64,000 bases of DNA from Planctomycetota bacterium (GCA_965223845.1 CBDCXR010000004.1:7616001-7680000), one strand, 5' to 3'. Shown: positions 1 through 10,332, counted from the first letter of the stretch. Notes: a model not told the origin generated them from the sequence alone. Translations and numbers: made by a program.

Positions 1-1
1 C

Positions 2-958
2 GATGTCGCCGCGCTGCCGCGATCGCGAAACATCCTGCTGGACGTGGGTCGCGAGAATCCGTCGCCCGCGGGTGCGGGCGAGCGAAGTCTCACCGCGCTC
101 GATCTCGCTCAGCGCAACTTCGAGCGGGCGAAGGAGGCGCTCCGAGTCATCGAGGAGTGCGTGCGTTGTCTCCACCCCGGGGGCGAGCGCGCCGTCGAGG
201 CGATTCGGTACGGCGTCTACGAGGAGGAGCGCCGGTGGAGCTTTCCGTTTCGCCGCGGCGGGGCGGCGGAGCTCCTCGACGCTGCGCGAGTCTATCTCGT
301 AGCGATCCCCGAGATCTGCCGCGGCGACGTCGTCGAGACCGTGCGAGCGGCGCTCGACGGCGGCGTCGACATCGTCCAGCTCCGCACCAAGGGGGCGACG
401 GATCATTCCGTCCTCGAGACCGCGCGCCGTCTACGCGAGCTCACCGAGGCGCGCGGAGCCCTCTTCATCGTGAACGATCGCCCTGACCTAGCGCGACTCT
501 CGCGCGCCGACGGCGTGCACGTCGGACAGGACGACCTGGAGCCGCGTGACGCGCGGGAGATCGTCGGCCCGCAGTCGATCGTCGGTCGATCGACCCACGA
601 CGAGACGCAGGCGGTCGACGCGGCCGGGGGCGAAGCCGACTACATCGGAGTCGGTCCGGTCTTTGCGACTTCGACGAAGTACGACCACGAGGACGTCCTC
701 GGGCCCGATCGGGCCGCCGCGATTCTCTCCGCCCTCGAGATCCCCGCGTTCGCGATCGGTGGGCTCGACCTCGAGCGCGTGCGAGAGCTGCGCGACCGAG
801 GTGTTCGGCGCGTCGCCGTCGCGAGCGCGATCCTCGCGAGCGCAGATCCGGCGCGCGCCGCCGCCGAGATCAAGGAAGCTCTCGCGGGCGACGCATCGAC
901 GTCGACGACGGACTCCGCGTCCTCGTCCGAATCGAGCGAGGGCAGAGCGCCGGAGTAG
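2..958 (+). CDS. thiE: Thiamine-phosphate synthase with N-terminal helical extension; 5'-truncated by the window edge
   Basis: Motifs VQLRTK, FIVNDRPDLA, DGVHVGQDD, GRSTH, DYIGVGPVFATSTK and AIGG. The frame stays open back to base 2, and the N-terminal 'NFERAKEALRVIEE...RYGVYEEE' segment matches long-form ThiE. Confidence 0.93.
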   Translation, partial: DVAALPRSRNILLDVGRENPSPAGAGERSLTALDLAQRNFERAKEALRVIEECVRCLHPGGERAVEAIRYGVYEEERRWSFPFRRGGAAELLDAARVYLVAIPEICRGDVVETVRAALDGGVDIVQLRTKGATDHSVLETARRLRELTEARGALFIVNDRPDLARLSRADGVHVGQDDLEPRDAREIVGPQSIVGRSTHDETQAVDAAGGEADYIGVGPVFATSTKYDHEDVLGPDRAAAILSALEIPAFAIGGLDLERVRELRDRGVRRVAVASAILASADPARAAAEIKEALAGDASTSTTDSASSSESSEGRAPE

Positions 959-994
959 AAATCTCGCGAGCAGACCGGGATAATCCCCGCCATC

Positions 995-1735
995 ATGCAA
1001 GCGAGTTCGCCTCCTCTCCTCGACTCAGCGGAACCGGTCCCCTTTCGGCCGCGCTCGCGCGCCGTTGCCCTCCTTCTCGGGCTCGTCCCCGGTTGGGGGC
1101 ACGTCTACTGGGGGCGCGAGCGGCTCGGTCTCGCGATTTTCACCCTGTTCGCGCCGGCGCTGTTCGCGCTCATCCACGGCGTGCTCCTCTACGTCGGTCC
1201 GTACTCCGCGCTTTGGCGCGCCTCGGCGGTCACGGTTCTCGTGCTCGTGTTCGCGGTGTCCTACGTCGATCTCGTGATGAGAACGACGCGGGCGCGCGCC
1301 GAGCGCGAGAAAGACGAGTGGTGGAGCTCGATCCGGCGCGGCATGGTGTCCTTCGTGCGCGGCGATCTCGCCGGGGCGCGGAGCGAGTTTGGGCGCGCTC
1401 ACGACGTCGATCCATTCGATCCGGAGTCGCAGTTCCGCCTCGGCATCGTCTACGCTCGCGAGGGCGACCGCCGGCAGGCCGCGAGGTGGCTCCGCCGCGC
1501 CGAGCGGTATGACGTCGACGAAAAGTGGGCCTGGGAGATCGCGCGGGAGCGTCTCCGACTTTCGCACGCCGGGCGATCATCGTCGGCGTCGTCGGATGGG
1601 GCGCCCGAAGGCGGTGCCGATCACGACGCGGTCGGAGGGGACTCGTCGGTGCGGACCGAGTCCGAGCGCGCCGCGGACGAGAGTTCCGCTGGCCCTCGGG
1701 AACACGAAGTGGCGGAACGAGGCCGGGGAGGCTGA
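995..1735 (+). CDS. Membrane protein with three N-terminal hydrophobic segments and a C-terminal TPR
   Basis: 'LLLGLVPGWGHVYWG' TM2-like motif, hydrophobic helices, and a TPR pattern 'ARSEFGRAHDVDPFDPESQFRLGIVYAREGD'. Confidence 0.75.
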   Translation: MQASSPPLLDSAEPVPFRPRSRAVALLLGLVPGWGHVYWGRERLGLAIFTLFAPALFALIHGVLLYVGPYSALWRASAVTVLVLVFAVSYVDLVMRTTRARAEREKDEWWSSIRRGMVSFVRGDLAGARSEFGRAHDVDPFDPESQFRLGIVYAREGDRRQAARWLRRAERYDVDEKWAWEIARERLRLSHAGRSSSASSDGAPEGGADHDAVGGDSSVRTESERAADESSAGPREHEVAERGRGG

Positions 1736-1742
1736 GCCGAGC

Positions 1743-2903
1743 ATGGTGAGCTACAAGGACGCCGGGGTCGACATCGACGCCGGGGACGCGGCGGTCCGCC
1801 TGATGTCGGATCACGTGCGGAGCACGTACACGCCGCAGGTTCTCACTGGAAGCCACGGCGGCTTCGCCGGACTCTTTCAGCTCGACTACCCGCGCGGGCT
1901 CCTTCGGCGCAACTACCGCGATCCGGTGCTCGTCGCGTGCACGGACGGAGTCGGGACGAAGCTCGAGATCGCATTCCGCACGGGCCGTTCCGACACGGTC
2001 GGCATCGATCTCGTCGCCATGTCGGTGAACGATCTCGTCGTCCAGGGCGCGGAGCCGCTCTTCTTTCTTGACTACGTCGCCGTGGGAAAGCTCGACCCGA
2101 AGGTCGTTGCTCAGATCGTCGCGGGTATCTCGCGCGGGTGTCGCGAAGCCGGCTGCGCGCTTCTCGGCGGCGAGACGGCAGAGATGCCGGGCTTCTATCC
2201 CGCCGGAAGCTACGACCTCGCGGGGTTCGCCGTCGGCGTCGCGGAGAAGCGCCGCCTCGTTCTCGGCGACCGGGTGGCTCCCGGCGACCAGATCATCGGG
2301 CTCGCCTCGAGCGGATTTCATTCGAACGGGTACTCGCTCGTCCGTCGGGTCGTCGACGATGCCGGTCTCGAGCTGACTGGCGTTCCGGCGGGGCTCGACG
2401 TTCCGCTCGCCGACGCGCTCCTCGAACCGACGAAGATCTACGTGAAGCCGATCCTCCACATCCTCAACCGCTACCGGCGGAAGCGCGTCGTGCACGCGAT
2501 GGCGCACATCACGGGAGGGGGGCTACCGGGAAATCTGCCGCGGGTGCTCCCCAAAAACGTCGACGCGGCCGTGTGGACGAGTCGGTGGACGGTGCCGCCG
2601 GTGATCGAGCTGATCCAGGAACACGCCAAGATCTCCGATCAGGAGATGCGCCGAGTCTTCAATATGGGGATCGGCATGGCGATCGTCGTCTCGAGTCACT
2701 TCTGCGAGTCGATCCTGGCGCAGTTCGCGGCGCTGGGCGTCGATGCGGTGCACATCGGTGAGATCCGCGCCGGCAGCGGTCGGCTCCTCGTCGGCAAGGC
2801 GCCGCGAAAGAGGGCGAAGGCGCGATCGACTTCGACGCCGAAAACGAGGAAGAAGAAACCTCGCGCGTCGCTCAACGGCTCCCGTTCGGCCAAACGCCGC
2901 TGA
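1743..2903 (+). CDS. purM: Phosphoribosylformylglycinamidine cyclo-ligase (AIR synthetase)
   Basis: SYKDAGVDIDAG, TDGVGTK, GIDLVAMSVND, GGETAEMPG, HITGGG and FNMGIG motifs. Start placed at ATG 1743 after a GGGGAGG RBS. Confidence 0.97.
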   Translation: MVSYKDAGVDIDAGDAAVRLMSDHVRSTYTPQVLTGSHGGFAGLFQLDYPRGLLRRNYRDPVLVACTDGVGTKLEIAFRTGRSDTVGIDLVAMSVNDLVVQGAEPLFFLDYVAVGKLDPKVVAQIVAGISRGCREAGCALLGGETAEMPGFYPAGSYDLAGFAVGVAEKRRLVLGDRVAPGDQIIGLASSGFHSNGYSLVRRVVDDAGLELTGVPAGLDVPLADALLEPTKIYVKPILHILNRYRRKRVVHAMAHITGGGLPGNLPRVLPKNVDAAVWTSRWTVPPVIELIQEHAKISDQEMRRVFNMGIGMAIVVSSHFCESILAQFAALGVDAVHIGEIRAGSGRLLVGKAPRKRAKARSTSTPKTRKKKPRASLNGSRSAKRR

Positions 2904-3756
2904 AGACTTCGGTCGCGGGTCCGGTCATCGCGACGCGTCCGGTAGTCCCCGCTCGATCTGCTTCCCAGTGGATGTCGAGCGCTCCCCCGCGCAGCTGCAC
3001 GCGCACCGCGCGCTCCGTCCAGCCGTTCAGCACGGCGGCCACGACCGCAGCGCAGGCGCCGCTTCCGCAGGCGAGTGTCTCGCCGCTTCCCCGTTCCCAC
3101 ACGCGGAACTCGAACTCGGTCGGAGAGCGTACGAAGATGAACTCGGCGTTCACCCGATCGGGAAACGCAGGGTGGTGCTCGAAGCGCGGACCCCACTCCT
3201 CGAGCGCGAACTCGTCGACGGGCGTTTCGAGGCGAATGACCACGTGCGGATTCCCCATCGAGAGCGCCGAGACGCGGAACGTGCGGCCATCGACGACGAG
3301 CGGGATATCGACGGCCCGCGCCGTCGGATCATCTCCGACGTGCATCGGCACTTCGCCGCGGGCGAGGCGAGGCGCGCCCATATCGACTTCGATGGAGTTC
3401 GCGCGGCCGCCCGAAGCGGTCGCGACCCGAACGTGCCGCGGACCCGAGTCGGTCTCGATGGCGAAGCTCTCGCCTCGGGTCCGCCCGCGGTCGTAGACGA
3501 ATTTCGCGACGCACCGGAGTCCGTTTCCGCACATCGCTCCGCGCGAGCCGTCGGCGTTGTACATCTCCATGCGGCAGACGGCGGCGGACGGAGCCTTCGG
3601 CGGGGCGATGAGGATGAGACCGTCCGCGCCGACGCCGAAGTGGCGCCGCGACACGGCGCGCGCGAGTGCCGCAGCGTCGTCCACTCGACTCGCGAAAACA
3701 TCGACGTATACGTAGTCGTTTCCGAGCCCCTCCATCTTCGTGAACGGGACGTCCAT
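2872..3756 (-). CDS. dapF: Diaminopimelate epimerase
   Basis: FTKMEGLGNDY, GVGADG, NADGS, MCGNGLRC, GNPH and ERGSGETLACGSGACA motifs. Confidence 0.97.
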   Translation of the reverse strand: MDVPFTKMEGLGNDYVYVDVFASRVDDAAALARAVSRRHFGVGADGLILIAPPKAPSAAVCRMEMYNADGSRGAMCGNGLRCVAKFVYDRGRTRGESFAIETDSGPRHVRVATASGGRANSIEVDMGAPRLARGEVPMHVGDDPTARAVDIPLVVDGRTFRVSALSMGNPHVVIRLETPVDEFALEEWGPRFEHHPAFPDRVNAEFIFVRSPTEFEFRVWERGSGETLACGSGACAAVVAAVLNGWTERAVRVQLRGGALDIHWEADRAGTTGRVAMTGPATEVFSGVWPNGSR

Positions 3757-3763
3757 GCCCGGG

Positions 3764-3792
3764 ATTGTAGGCGTCGTCGACGCGGACGGAAA
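3764..3792 (-). promoter_or_regulatory. Putative sigma70 promoter of dapF (leaderless)
   Basis: Minus strand reads TTTCCG-N17-TACAAT, then 7 nt, then the ATG at 3756. No Shine-Dalgarno sequence. Confidence 0.5.
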
Positions 3793-3985
3793 GAGCTGGG
3801 GTGAGCGCGAAGATCGGGGCGATCCGCGCGGATTCCTCGCCGGGCGCGCGTGTCGGCGTCCGTCTACCTGGTGGGTTCCCGTGCCGTTCGAGCACCGGTG
3901 ATGACCACGTTCGGGGTTAAACTACAAGAAGAGCGCTCGGCAATCGCTCGAGACGGTGTTCGGTCGGCAGTAAGGAGGATTCCCC

Positions 3986-5101
3986 GTGATCCAGCGACTT
4001 TCCCTCGCCTTCTTCGGCGTGGTGTTCTCGCTCGTTTCGACCGAGCTCCACGCACAGGAGACCGAGCCCGCACCCGACGAGCCGAAAAGCGCGCAGGCTT
4101 CCGACGCGGACGACGAACCTTCGAAGCTCGAGATCGAAGGCGTCGAGCGACAGGAGCTGAAGCCCATCGTCGATCGCGGGCCCGACCCGCTGCCGGACGC
4201 GAAGCTGCCGGCGAAAACGCGCCCGGCGCCGGATCCCGCGCGCGATCAGTACGTCCGGGAGCCGGTCTACGTCCGCGTCGCCGAGGTGATCGTCGATTCG
4301 GCCGGCGAGCTGAAGATTCCCGACGTCCAAATCGTCGATCGCTATCTCCAGGAGTACCTTCGCCGGGCGGGATTCCCCATCGCAGCCACGGTTGCCGAAG
4401 CGAAGTACCGCATCGAAGGCGACCTCGAGGCGCAGTTCGACAAGGTGCTGCGGATTCAGGGACGTCCGGTCGCGTTCAAGGTGCGCGCGGAGTGCTCTCT
4501 CTTTCTGCTCGATGCCGACGGCAGTGAGCTCGAGGGGTTCGAGATCCCCGAGATCTTCCAAGAGAACGTCAAGAGCGAGAAGAGCGCCTTCGTTCAGGTG
4601 CGGCGACTCGCCGCGAAGACGTTCTGGGATCACCTCACGAAGGACGGCGACGTCCTCGGTGATCGCGAGGTGGAAGCCGTGATCCAGCGACTGAGTGCGG
4701 TGCCTCGCGAGGGAGACGCGTGGTCGACCGAGGACTGCGTGAAGACGCTCGTCGGGAGAGGGCTCGCCGTGGTGCCGGCGATGCTCGATGCCCTCACCGA
4801 CACGCGTCCCGTTCTCGTTCCCTCCTCGTACCGCGGACTCACGCCCGAGACCCGCCCGAAGCTCCGCATCTATCACGTCGCCGATCAGGTGCTCGAGGAG
4901 ATCTTTCAGAAGGTGAGTCGCATGAATCTCGACACCCCGCATCGCTGGCGCTTTCTGATCATGCGCGGGTGGGAGAACGAGTGGCGGCGGTTCTGCCCCC
5001 CGTTCCGGGACTCACCGAATCAAAAGCGGGATGCGAAGCCGGAGTCCGCCCAGCGGAGCTCGGCGGACTCGGCGGCGGCGAACGGGAACGCCCCGCGCTG
5101 A
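3986..5101 (+). CDS. Secreted hypothetical protein
   Basis: GTG start after AAGGAGG, a signal peptide ending LHA-Q, and protein-like composition over 371 aa. Confidence 0.8.
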   Translation: MIQRLSLAFFGVVFSLVSTELHAQETEPAPDEPKSAQASDADDEPSKLEIEGVERQELKPIVDRGPDPLPDAKLPAKTRPAPDPARDQYVREPVYVRVAEVIVDSAGELKIPDVQIVDRYLQEYLRRAGFPIAATVAEAKYRIEGDLEAQFDKVLRIQGRPVAFKVRAECSLFLLDADGSELEGFEIPEIFQENVKSEKSAFVQVRRLAAKTFWDHLTKDGDVLGDREVEAVIQRLSAVPREGDAWSTEDCVKTLVGRGLAVVPAMLDALTDTRPVLVPSSYRGLTPETRPKLRIYHVADQVLEEIFQKVSRMNLDTPHRWRFLIMRGWENEWRRFCPPFRDSPNQKRDAKPESAQRSSADSAAANGNAPR

Positions 5102-5250
5102 ACTCGAGGCGATCGCGGTCCCGCGCGGCTCGAGTGCGACCGGGCCGACGCCCTAGCCTCGTCGATAAGTCCCAGTCGCGACAACGATTGCGCGATCCGG
5201 CGCCCGCGTGTTTCCGGCGGCGCGAGGGCTCTCGGCGTCTCCGGGGGTCG

Positions 5251-5279
5251 TTGAAGTACCCGCGGACTGAGGTTATACT
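5251..5279 (+). promoter_or_regulatory. Sigma70-type promoter of the sulfur-carrier/moeZ/cysM operon
   Basis: TTGAAG(5251-5256)-N17-TATACT(5274-5279), ~145 bp before ATG 5426. Confidence 0.7.
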
Positions 5280-5425
5280 CATGCGGTTACTGACTTTACC
5301 GCTCTTTCGCGGGCCTCGCCGGCGCCGGTTTACGCCGTCGGTCGGCGCGCCGCGTGGCGGCGAAATTGCGCCGCCGAGAGATTGTGTAAGCCCAACTACC
5401 GAAACCGATTGAGAGCAGGCCGTCC

Positions 5426-5707
5426 ATGGTCGTCGTGCGCATTCCGACTCCGCTCCGCCGTTTCACCGACGGACAGGCCGAGGTCCAGGCCGAAGGCGCC
5501 ACCGTGAAGGAGGTGTTCGATCACCTCGAGTCCGTCGGGCAGGGCATCCGCGAGAAGGTTTTCGACGACTCCGGGCAGATCCGCCGCTTCATCAACGTGT
5601 TCAAGAACGGCGACGACGTCCGCTACCTCGAGGGTCCGGACACGCCGGTCGCCGCCGGCGACGAGCTGAGCATCGTCCCCGCGATCGCGGGCGGTTTGGC
5701 GAGGTAG
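5426..5707 (+). CDS. MoaD/ThiS/CysO-family ubiquitin-like sulfur carrier with a C-terminal cap (…AIAGG-LAR)
   Basis: VRIPTPLRRFTDG, RRFINVFKNGDDVRYLEG and GDELSIVPAIAGG are a CysO/SAMP-like signature. Confidence 0.92.
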   Translation: MVVVRIPTPLRRFTDGQAEVQAEGATVKEVFDHLESVGQGIREKVFDDSGQIRRFINVFKNGDDVRYLEGPDTPVAAGDELSIVPAIAGGLAR

Positions 5708-5712
5708 AAGAC

Positions 5713-6867
5713 GTGTCGAAAAAGGACCAGTGGCTGGGCGAGCTGCGCTCGGCGATTCCTCAGGCATCGCCGGAGGAAGTCCGCGAGTGGATCGACTCGG
5801 GAAACGCGCCCACGGTCGTCGACGTCCGTGAGGGCGACGAGTACCGCCAGGGGCATCTCCGCGGGGCGATTCACCTCCCGCGCGGTTTCCTTGAGCTTCA
5901 GGCCGAGGCGAAGCTGAACGGCGCGAACGGCAAGGTCGTGGCCTACTGCGCCGGCGGCGTTCGATCGCTCTTTGCGGCGGACACGCTGCGAAAGATGGGG
6001 TTCGACGACGTCGTTTCGATGACCGGTGGCTTCACGCGATGGAAGCAGAATGGCCATCCGTACGACGTGCCTGAGATCCTCACCGAGCGCGAGCGCGAGC
6101 GCTACCAGCGTCACCTCACCATCGACGAGGTCGGCGAGGAGGGGCAGATCAAGCTCAAGCAGGCCAAGGTCCTCTGCGTCGGCGCCGGCGGCCTCGGCTC
6201 GCCCGCAGCCTACTACCTGGCGGCGGCCGGGATCGGAACGCTCGGCATCGTCGACTACGATGTCGTCGATCGGTCGAACCTCCAGCGTCAGATCGTTCAC
6301 AGCGACGCGCGGGTCGGAGAGCTGAAGACCGAATCGGCGCGCCAGACGCTCGAGAGCCTGAATCCCGACATTCAGGTCGTCACGTACGAGGAGCGGGTTT
6401 CGAGCGAGAACGTCGACCGACTCTTCGAGGGTTACGACGTGATCCTCGATGGCTGCGACAATTTCCCGACGCGGTACCTCGTCAACGACGCCTGCGTGAA
6501 ACACGGCATTCCGAACGTTCACGGTAGCATCTACCGCTTCGAGGGCCAGGCGACGGTGTTTTGGCCGGGCAAGGGTCCTTGCTACCGGTGCCTTTACCCC
6601 GAGCCGCCCCCGCCGGAGATGGCGCCGTCTTGCGCCGAGGCGGGTGTGCTCGGAGTGCTTCCCGGAGTGATTGGCGTGCTCGAGGCGATCGAGGCGATCA
6701 AGATCATCCTCGGCAAGGGCGACCTTCTCGTCGGGCGACTCCTTATGTACGACGCGCTCGAGGTGAGCTTTCGCGAGCTCAAGGTGCGGCGTGATCCCGA
6801 GTGCCCGTACTGCAGCAAGGACGAGTTTCCGGGCTACGTCGATTACGCGCACTTCTGCGGCGTCTGA
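5713..6867 (+). CDS. moeB: Rhodanese-MoeB/ThiF fusion (MoeZ-like sulfur-carrier adenylyltransferase/sulfurtransferase)
   Basis: N-terminal rhodanese (DVRE, GHLRGA, YCAGGVRS), then GAGGLGSP, SNLQRQ, DGCDNFPTRY and the Zn pairs CYRC and CPYC. Confidence 0.93.
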   Translation: MSKKDQWLGELRSAIPQASPEEVREWIDSGNAPTVVDVREGDEYRQGHLRGAIHLPRGFLELQAEAKLNGANGKVVAYCAGGVRSLFAADTLRKMGFDDVVSMTGGFTRWKQNGHPYDVPEILTERERERYQRHLTIDEVGEEGQIKLKQAKVLCVGAGGLGSPAAYYLAAAGIGTLGIVDYDVVDRSNLQRQIVHSDARVGELKTESARQTLESLNPDIQVVTYEERVSSENVDRLFEGYDVILDGCDNFPTRYLVNDACVKHGIPNVHGSIYRFEGQATVFWPGKGPCYRCLYPEPPPPEMAPSCAEAGVLGVLPGVIGVLEAIEAIKIILGKGDLLVGRLLMYDALEVSFRELKVRRDPECPYCSKDEFPGYVDYAHFCGV

Positions 6868-6882
6868 GGATCCAATTGGCTC

Positions 6883-7839
6883 ATGCGCTCCAGCCTTCCG
6901 ACAACGCTGCCCGAGGAGTTTCTTCCGCATCTCGATAGCTGCCCAGTGCTCGGGGCGATCGGGAACACGCCACTCGTGCGGGTGGATCTTCCCGAGCTCG
7001 CGAAGCCAGGCGTCGAGGTGTACGCGAAGCTCGAGTACTTCAATCCGGGTGGATCGATCAAGGATCGTCCGGTGCTCTGGATGCTCCTCGGCGCCATCGC
7101 CGATGGCCGTCTGCGGCCGGGGATGACGGTGCTGGATTCGTCCTCGGGGAACGCCGGGATCGCCTACGCGATGATCGGTGGTGCGCTCGGGTACGACGTG
7201 CGCCTCGTGATCCCGGGGAACGCTTCGGCCGAACGGAAGAAACGGCTCGTCGCACACCGCGCCGATCTCTTCTTCACCGATCCGGTCGAGGGGTACGATG
7301 AGGCGCTGCGCGAAGTGCGGCGACAGGCCGAGGCCTCGCCGGAGCGATACTTCTTTTCGGATCAGTACGCGAACGATTCGAATTGGCGGTCCCACTACGA
7401 GATGACGGCACAGGAGATTCTCGATCAGACCGGGCGCCGGGTGACGCACTTCGTCGCCGGGGTCGGCACTGGGGGGACGCTCACCGGCGTCGGTCGCCGG
7501 CTCAAGGAAGAGATTCCAGGTGTGGAGATCACGTGTGTCCTTCCGGACGAGTTTCCGGGGATCGAGGGGCTGAAGCCGCTCGGGAATCCCGAGGACATCG
7601 TGCCCGACATTCTCGACGAGTCGGTCATCGACGAGCGCGTGAACGTCACGATCGACGACGCGTACGCGTATTGTCAGCAACTCGCGGGGAAGGGGTTTTT
7701 TGTCGGGCAGTCGTCTGGGGCTTATACCAAAGGAGTGGAATCGGTGGTGTCGCGCATCGACGAGGGCGTGGTCGTGACCGTTTTCAGCGACCTCGGCGAG
7801 CGCTACTTCAGCACGGGGCTGTGGGGACACGACACGTAG
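6883..7839 (+). CDS. cysM: PLP-dependent cysteine synthase (CysM-like)
   Basis: IGNTPLV, KLEYFNPGGSIKDR (PLP Lys), SSSGNAG, GVGTGGT, GQSSGA and DLGERYFST motifs. Confidence 0.88.
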   Translation: MRSSLPTTLPEEFLPHLDSCPVLGAIGNTPLVRVDLPELAKPGVEVYAKLEYFNPGGSIKDRPVLWMLLGAIADGRLRPGMTVLDSSSGNAGIAYAMIGGALGYDVRLVIPGNASAERKKRLVAHRADLFFTDPVEGYDEALREVRRQAEASPERYFFSDQYANDSNWRSHYEMTAQEILDQTGRRVTHFVAGVGTGGTLTGVGRRLKEEIPGVEITCVLPDEFPGIEGLKPLGNPEDIVPDILDESVIDERVNVTIDDAYAYCQQLAGKGFFVGQSSGAYTKGVESVVSRIDEGVVVTVFSDLGERYFSTGLWGHDT

Positions 7840-8064
7840 CAAAGCTCGGCGCGGAGCGAAGAGGGGCGTTCGGCTCTCGCGTGGCGCGCGTCGTCCGGCT
7901 TGCGTCGTCTCGATCCCGGCGGAATCGGCTCCCGAGGAGCATCGGGATTCGGGGCGTCCGATCGGATGAGCGGCGCGCGGATCGTCGCCGCGTCTATCGT
8001 CTACCGGTGGAATCCGGTGCGATCGAGCTTTCTCACCTCGAGTGAAGAGACGGAAGGCGAGCTC

Positions 8065-10332
8065 ATGGTCAACCCGATCGACGCGGTGGGCGGTCGAAAA
8101 GCAAAACGGGCCTCGGGCGCCGACGGCAGCGCGACGTTGTCGAGCGCGCGGGGGGGAGAGGGCGTGGCGCCGGCGAGCGCGATCGACGCGAGTTTTCGGC
8201 CGAGCGAAGCTACGCTCGTCGATCTCTACCGCGTGGTCCTCCTGTCGCGGACGCTCGACGACGCCGAGGTGCGACTCCGGCGGCAGGGAAAAGCGTTCTT
8301 TCAGATCTCGAGCGCCGGGCACGAAGTGATCCAGGCGGTCGCGGCGAGCGTTTTCCGCGCCGGATCGGATTGGTTCTACCTCTACTATCGCGATCGGTGT
8401 TTGAGCCTCGGTCTCGGCATGGAGCCGCTCGACTTGGTGCGGCAGGCACTCGCGAAGAGGACCGACCTCATGAGCGGCGGACGGGAGATGCCGTGTCACT
8501 TCGGCATCCCGTCACTGCGCATCATCAATCAATCGAGCGCGACCGGCAGTCAGTTCCTCCACGCGGTCGGCACCGCAGAGGGGATCTGGCTCGCCCGCCA
8601 GGGAGGGGTCTCGCCCGGACCGCTCCCCGAAAAGTTCCTCCGCGGACGAGCGCGCACGGGAGAGGCTCAGACTCTCGTGGATCCATGTCGCGTCGAGGAG
8701 GACGAAATCGTTCTCACGACAGGCGGCGACGGGGCGACGAGCGAGGGCGAATTCTACGAAGCCATCTCGGCGGCGTGTCTCCGTCGGCTTCCCGTGCTCT
8801 TCCTCATTCAGGACAACGCCTACGCGATCAGTGTTCCCGTCGAGTACCAAACGCCGGGGGGGAGCATCTCGCGCCTGTTCAAGGAGTACCCTGGTCTCCA
8901 CGTCCAGGAGGTCGACGGACTCGACCCGGTGGCGAGCTACACCGTGCTCTCGCACGCGGCGCAGTACGTTCGAGACGGCCGGGGACCTGCGCTCGTCCAC
9001 GCGCACGTCAGCCGGCTCGTGCCGCATTCCGACGCGGACGACGACAAGCTCTACCGTCCCGACGTCGAGCGCGATCTCATCCGCCGTCGCGACCCGTTGC
9101 CGCGCTTTGCATCGCTCCTCGTGGAACGCGGCATCCTTTCGCGCGGCGAGATCGCCGAGCTCGAGAAGAAGACCGAAGCCGAGGTCGCCGCGGCGGTCGA
9201 AATCGCTCTCGGCGAGGACGACCCCGAGCCGACGCCCGAGGAGGTGACTCGATTCCTGTTCGAGTCCAATCCGGTCGTCGAGGAAGAGACTCCTCCCGCG
9301 ACGGTCGGTGACGAGCTCACGCTGCTCGATGCGATCCGGCGGACGCTCCGGACGGAGATGGAGCAGGATCCGCGGATCCTCGTCTTCGGCGAGGACGTCG
9401 CCGACCTCTCGCGCGCTCACCTCCTCGAGCAACTCCCCGGAAAGGGTGGAGTGTTCCGCGTCACGCACGGACTCCAGCGCGAATTCGGGCACGAGCGGGT
9501 GTTCAACACCCCGATCGCGGAAGCGGCCATCATCGGGCGCGCACTCGGGCTCGCCGTGCGCGGCTTCTTGCCCGTGCCGGAGATTCAGTTCTTCGACTAT
9601 ATCTGGCCCGCGATGCACCAGATTCGCAACGAGCTCACCGTGCTCCGGTGGCGGTCGTACGACAACTTCGCCGCTCCGGTCGTCATCCGCGCCCCGATCG
9701 GTGGATATCTGCGCGGCGGGGCGATCTACCACAGCCAGTCCGCCGAGACGATGTTTTGCGCCTGTCCCGGGCTGCGCGTCGTCATGCCGTCGAACGCGCG
9801 CGACGCCGTGGGGCTTCTCCGCACGTCGCTCCGCTCGGGCGATCCCGTTCTTTTCCTCGAGCACAAGCACCTCTACCGCCAGCCGTACGCCAAGTCGATC
9901 GATCCCGGCCCGGATTACGTCATCCCGTTCGGCTGCGCGCGCGTCGCTCGCGAAGGGTCGGATGTGAGCGTCGTGACCTATGGAGCGCTCGTCGAAAAGA
10001 GCCTCAGTGCCGCGCGGCGACTCGCGGATGAAGGCATCGAGGTCGAGGTGATCGATCTCCGCTCGCTCCAGCCTTACGACTTCGCGGCGATTCGCGCTTC
10101 GGTCGAGAAGACCAACCGGGTGGTGGTCGCGGGCGAAGAGCCGAGGACCCACGGCTTCGCCGCCGAAGTGGCTGCGCGCATCGCGGATGAGCTGTTCGAG
10201 CACCTCGACGCCCCGGTGCGCCGAGTCGGCGCGCTCGATGCTCCGGTACCGTACTCGCCCGTGCTCGAGCACTGCATGCTTCCGAGCGAGGAGGATCTCC
10301 TCCGCGAGGTTCGCAGCGTGCGCGCGTTCTGA
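8065..10332 (+). CDS. Fused alpha/beta E1 component of a 2-oxoacid (branched-chain-type) dehydrogenase
   Basis: [10 protein letters not shown], ThDP motif [10 protein letters not shown]...QDN, GEDVA...GGVFRVT, FNTPIAE, EIQFFDY, HSQS and FLEHK. Start moved to ATG 8065 after GGAAGG. Confidence 0.92.
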   Translation: MVNPIDAVGGRKAKRASGADGSATLSSARGGEGVAPASAIDASFRPSEATLVDLYRVVLLSRTLDDAEVRLRRQGKAFFQISSAGHEVIQAVAASVFRAGSDWFYLYYRDRCLSLGLGMEPLDLVRQALAKRTDLMSGGREMPCHFGIPSLRIINQSSATGSQFLHAVGTAEGIWLARQGGVSPGPLPEKFLRGRARTGEAQTLVDPCRVEEDEIVLTTGGDGATSEGEFYEAISAACLRRLPVLFLIQDNAYAISVPVEYQTPGGSISRLFKEYPGLHVQEVDGLDPVASYTVLSHAAQYVRDGRGPALVHAHVSRLVPHSDADDDKLYRPDVERDLIRRRDPLPRFASLLVERGILSRGEIAELEKKTEAEVAAAVEIALGEDDPEPTPEEVTRFLFESNPVVEEETPPATVGDELTLLDAIRRTLRTEMEQDPRILVFGEDVADLSRAHLLEQLPGKGGVFRVTHGLQREFGHERVFNTPIAEAAIIGRALGLAVRGFLPVPEIQFFDYIWPAMHQIRNELTVLRWRSYDNFAAPVVIRAPIGGYLRGGAIYHSQSAETMFCACPGLRVVMPSNARDAVGLLRTSLRSGDPVLFLEHKHLYRQPYAKSIDPGPDYVIPFGCARVAREGSDVSVVTYGALVEKSLSAARRLADEGIEVEVIDLRSLQPYDFAAIRASVEKTNRVVVAGEEPRTHGFAAEVAARIADELFEHLDAPVRRVGALDAPVPYSPVLEHCMLPSEEDLLREVRSVRAF

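Noticed and set aside
5623-8499. 958-aa antisense ORF and many other long Arg/Ala-rich ORFs (e.g. 8512-10272, 35721-37994, 33149-35044)
   Set aside because: They are shadow frames of well-supported genes in high-GC DNA and carry no motifs of their own.
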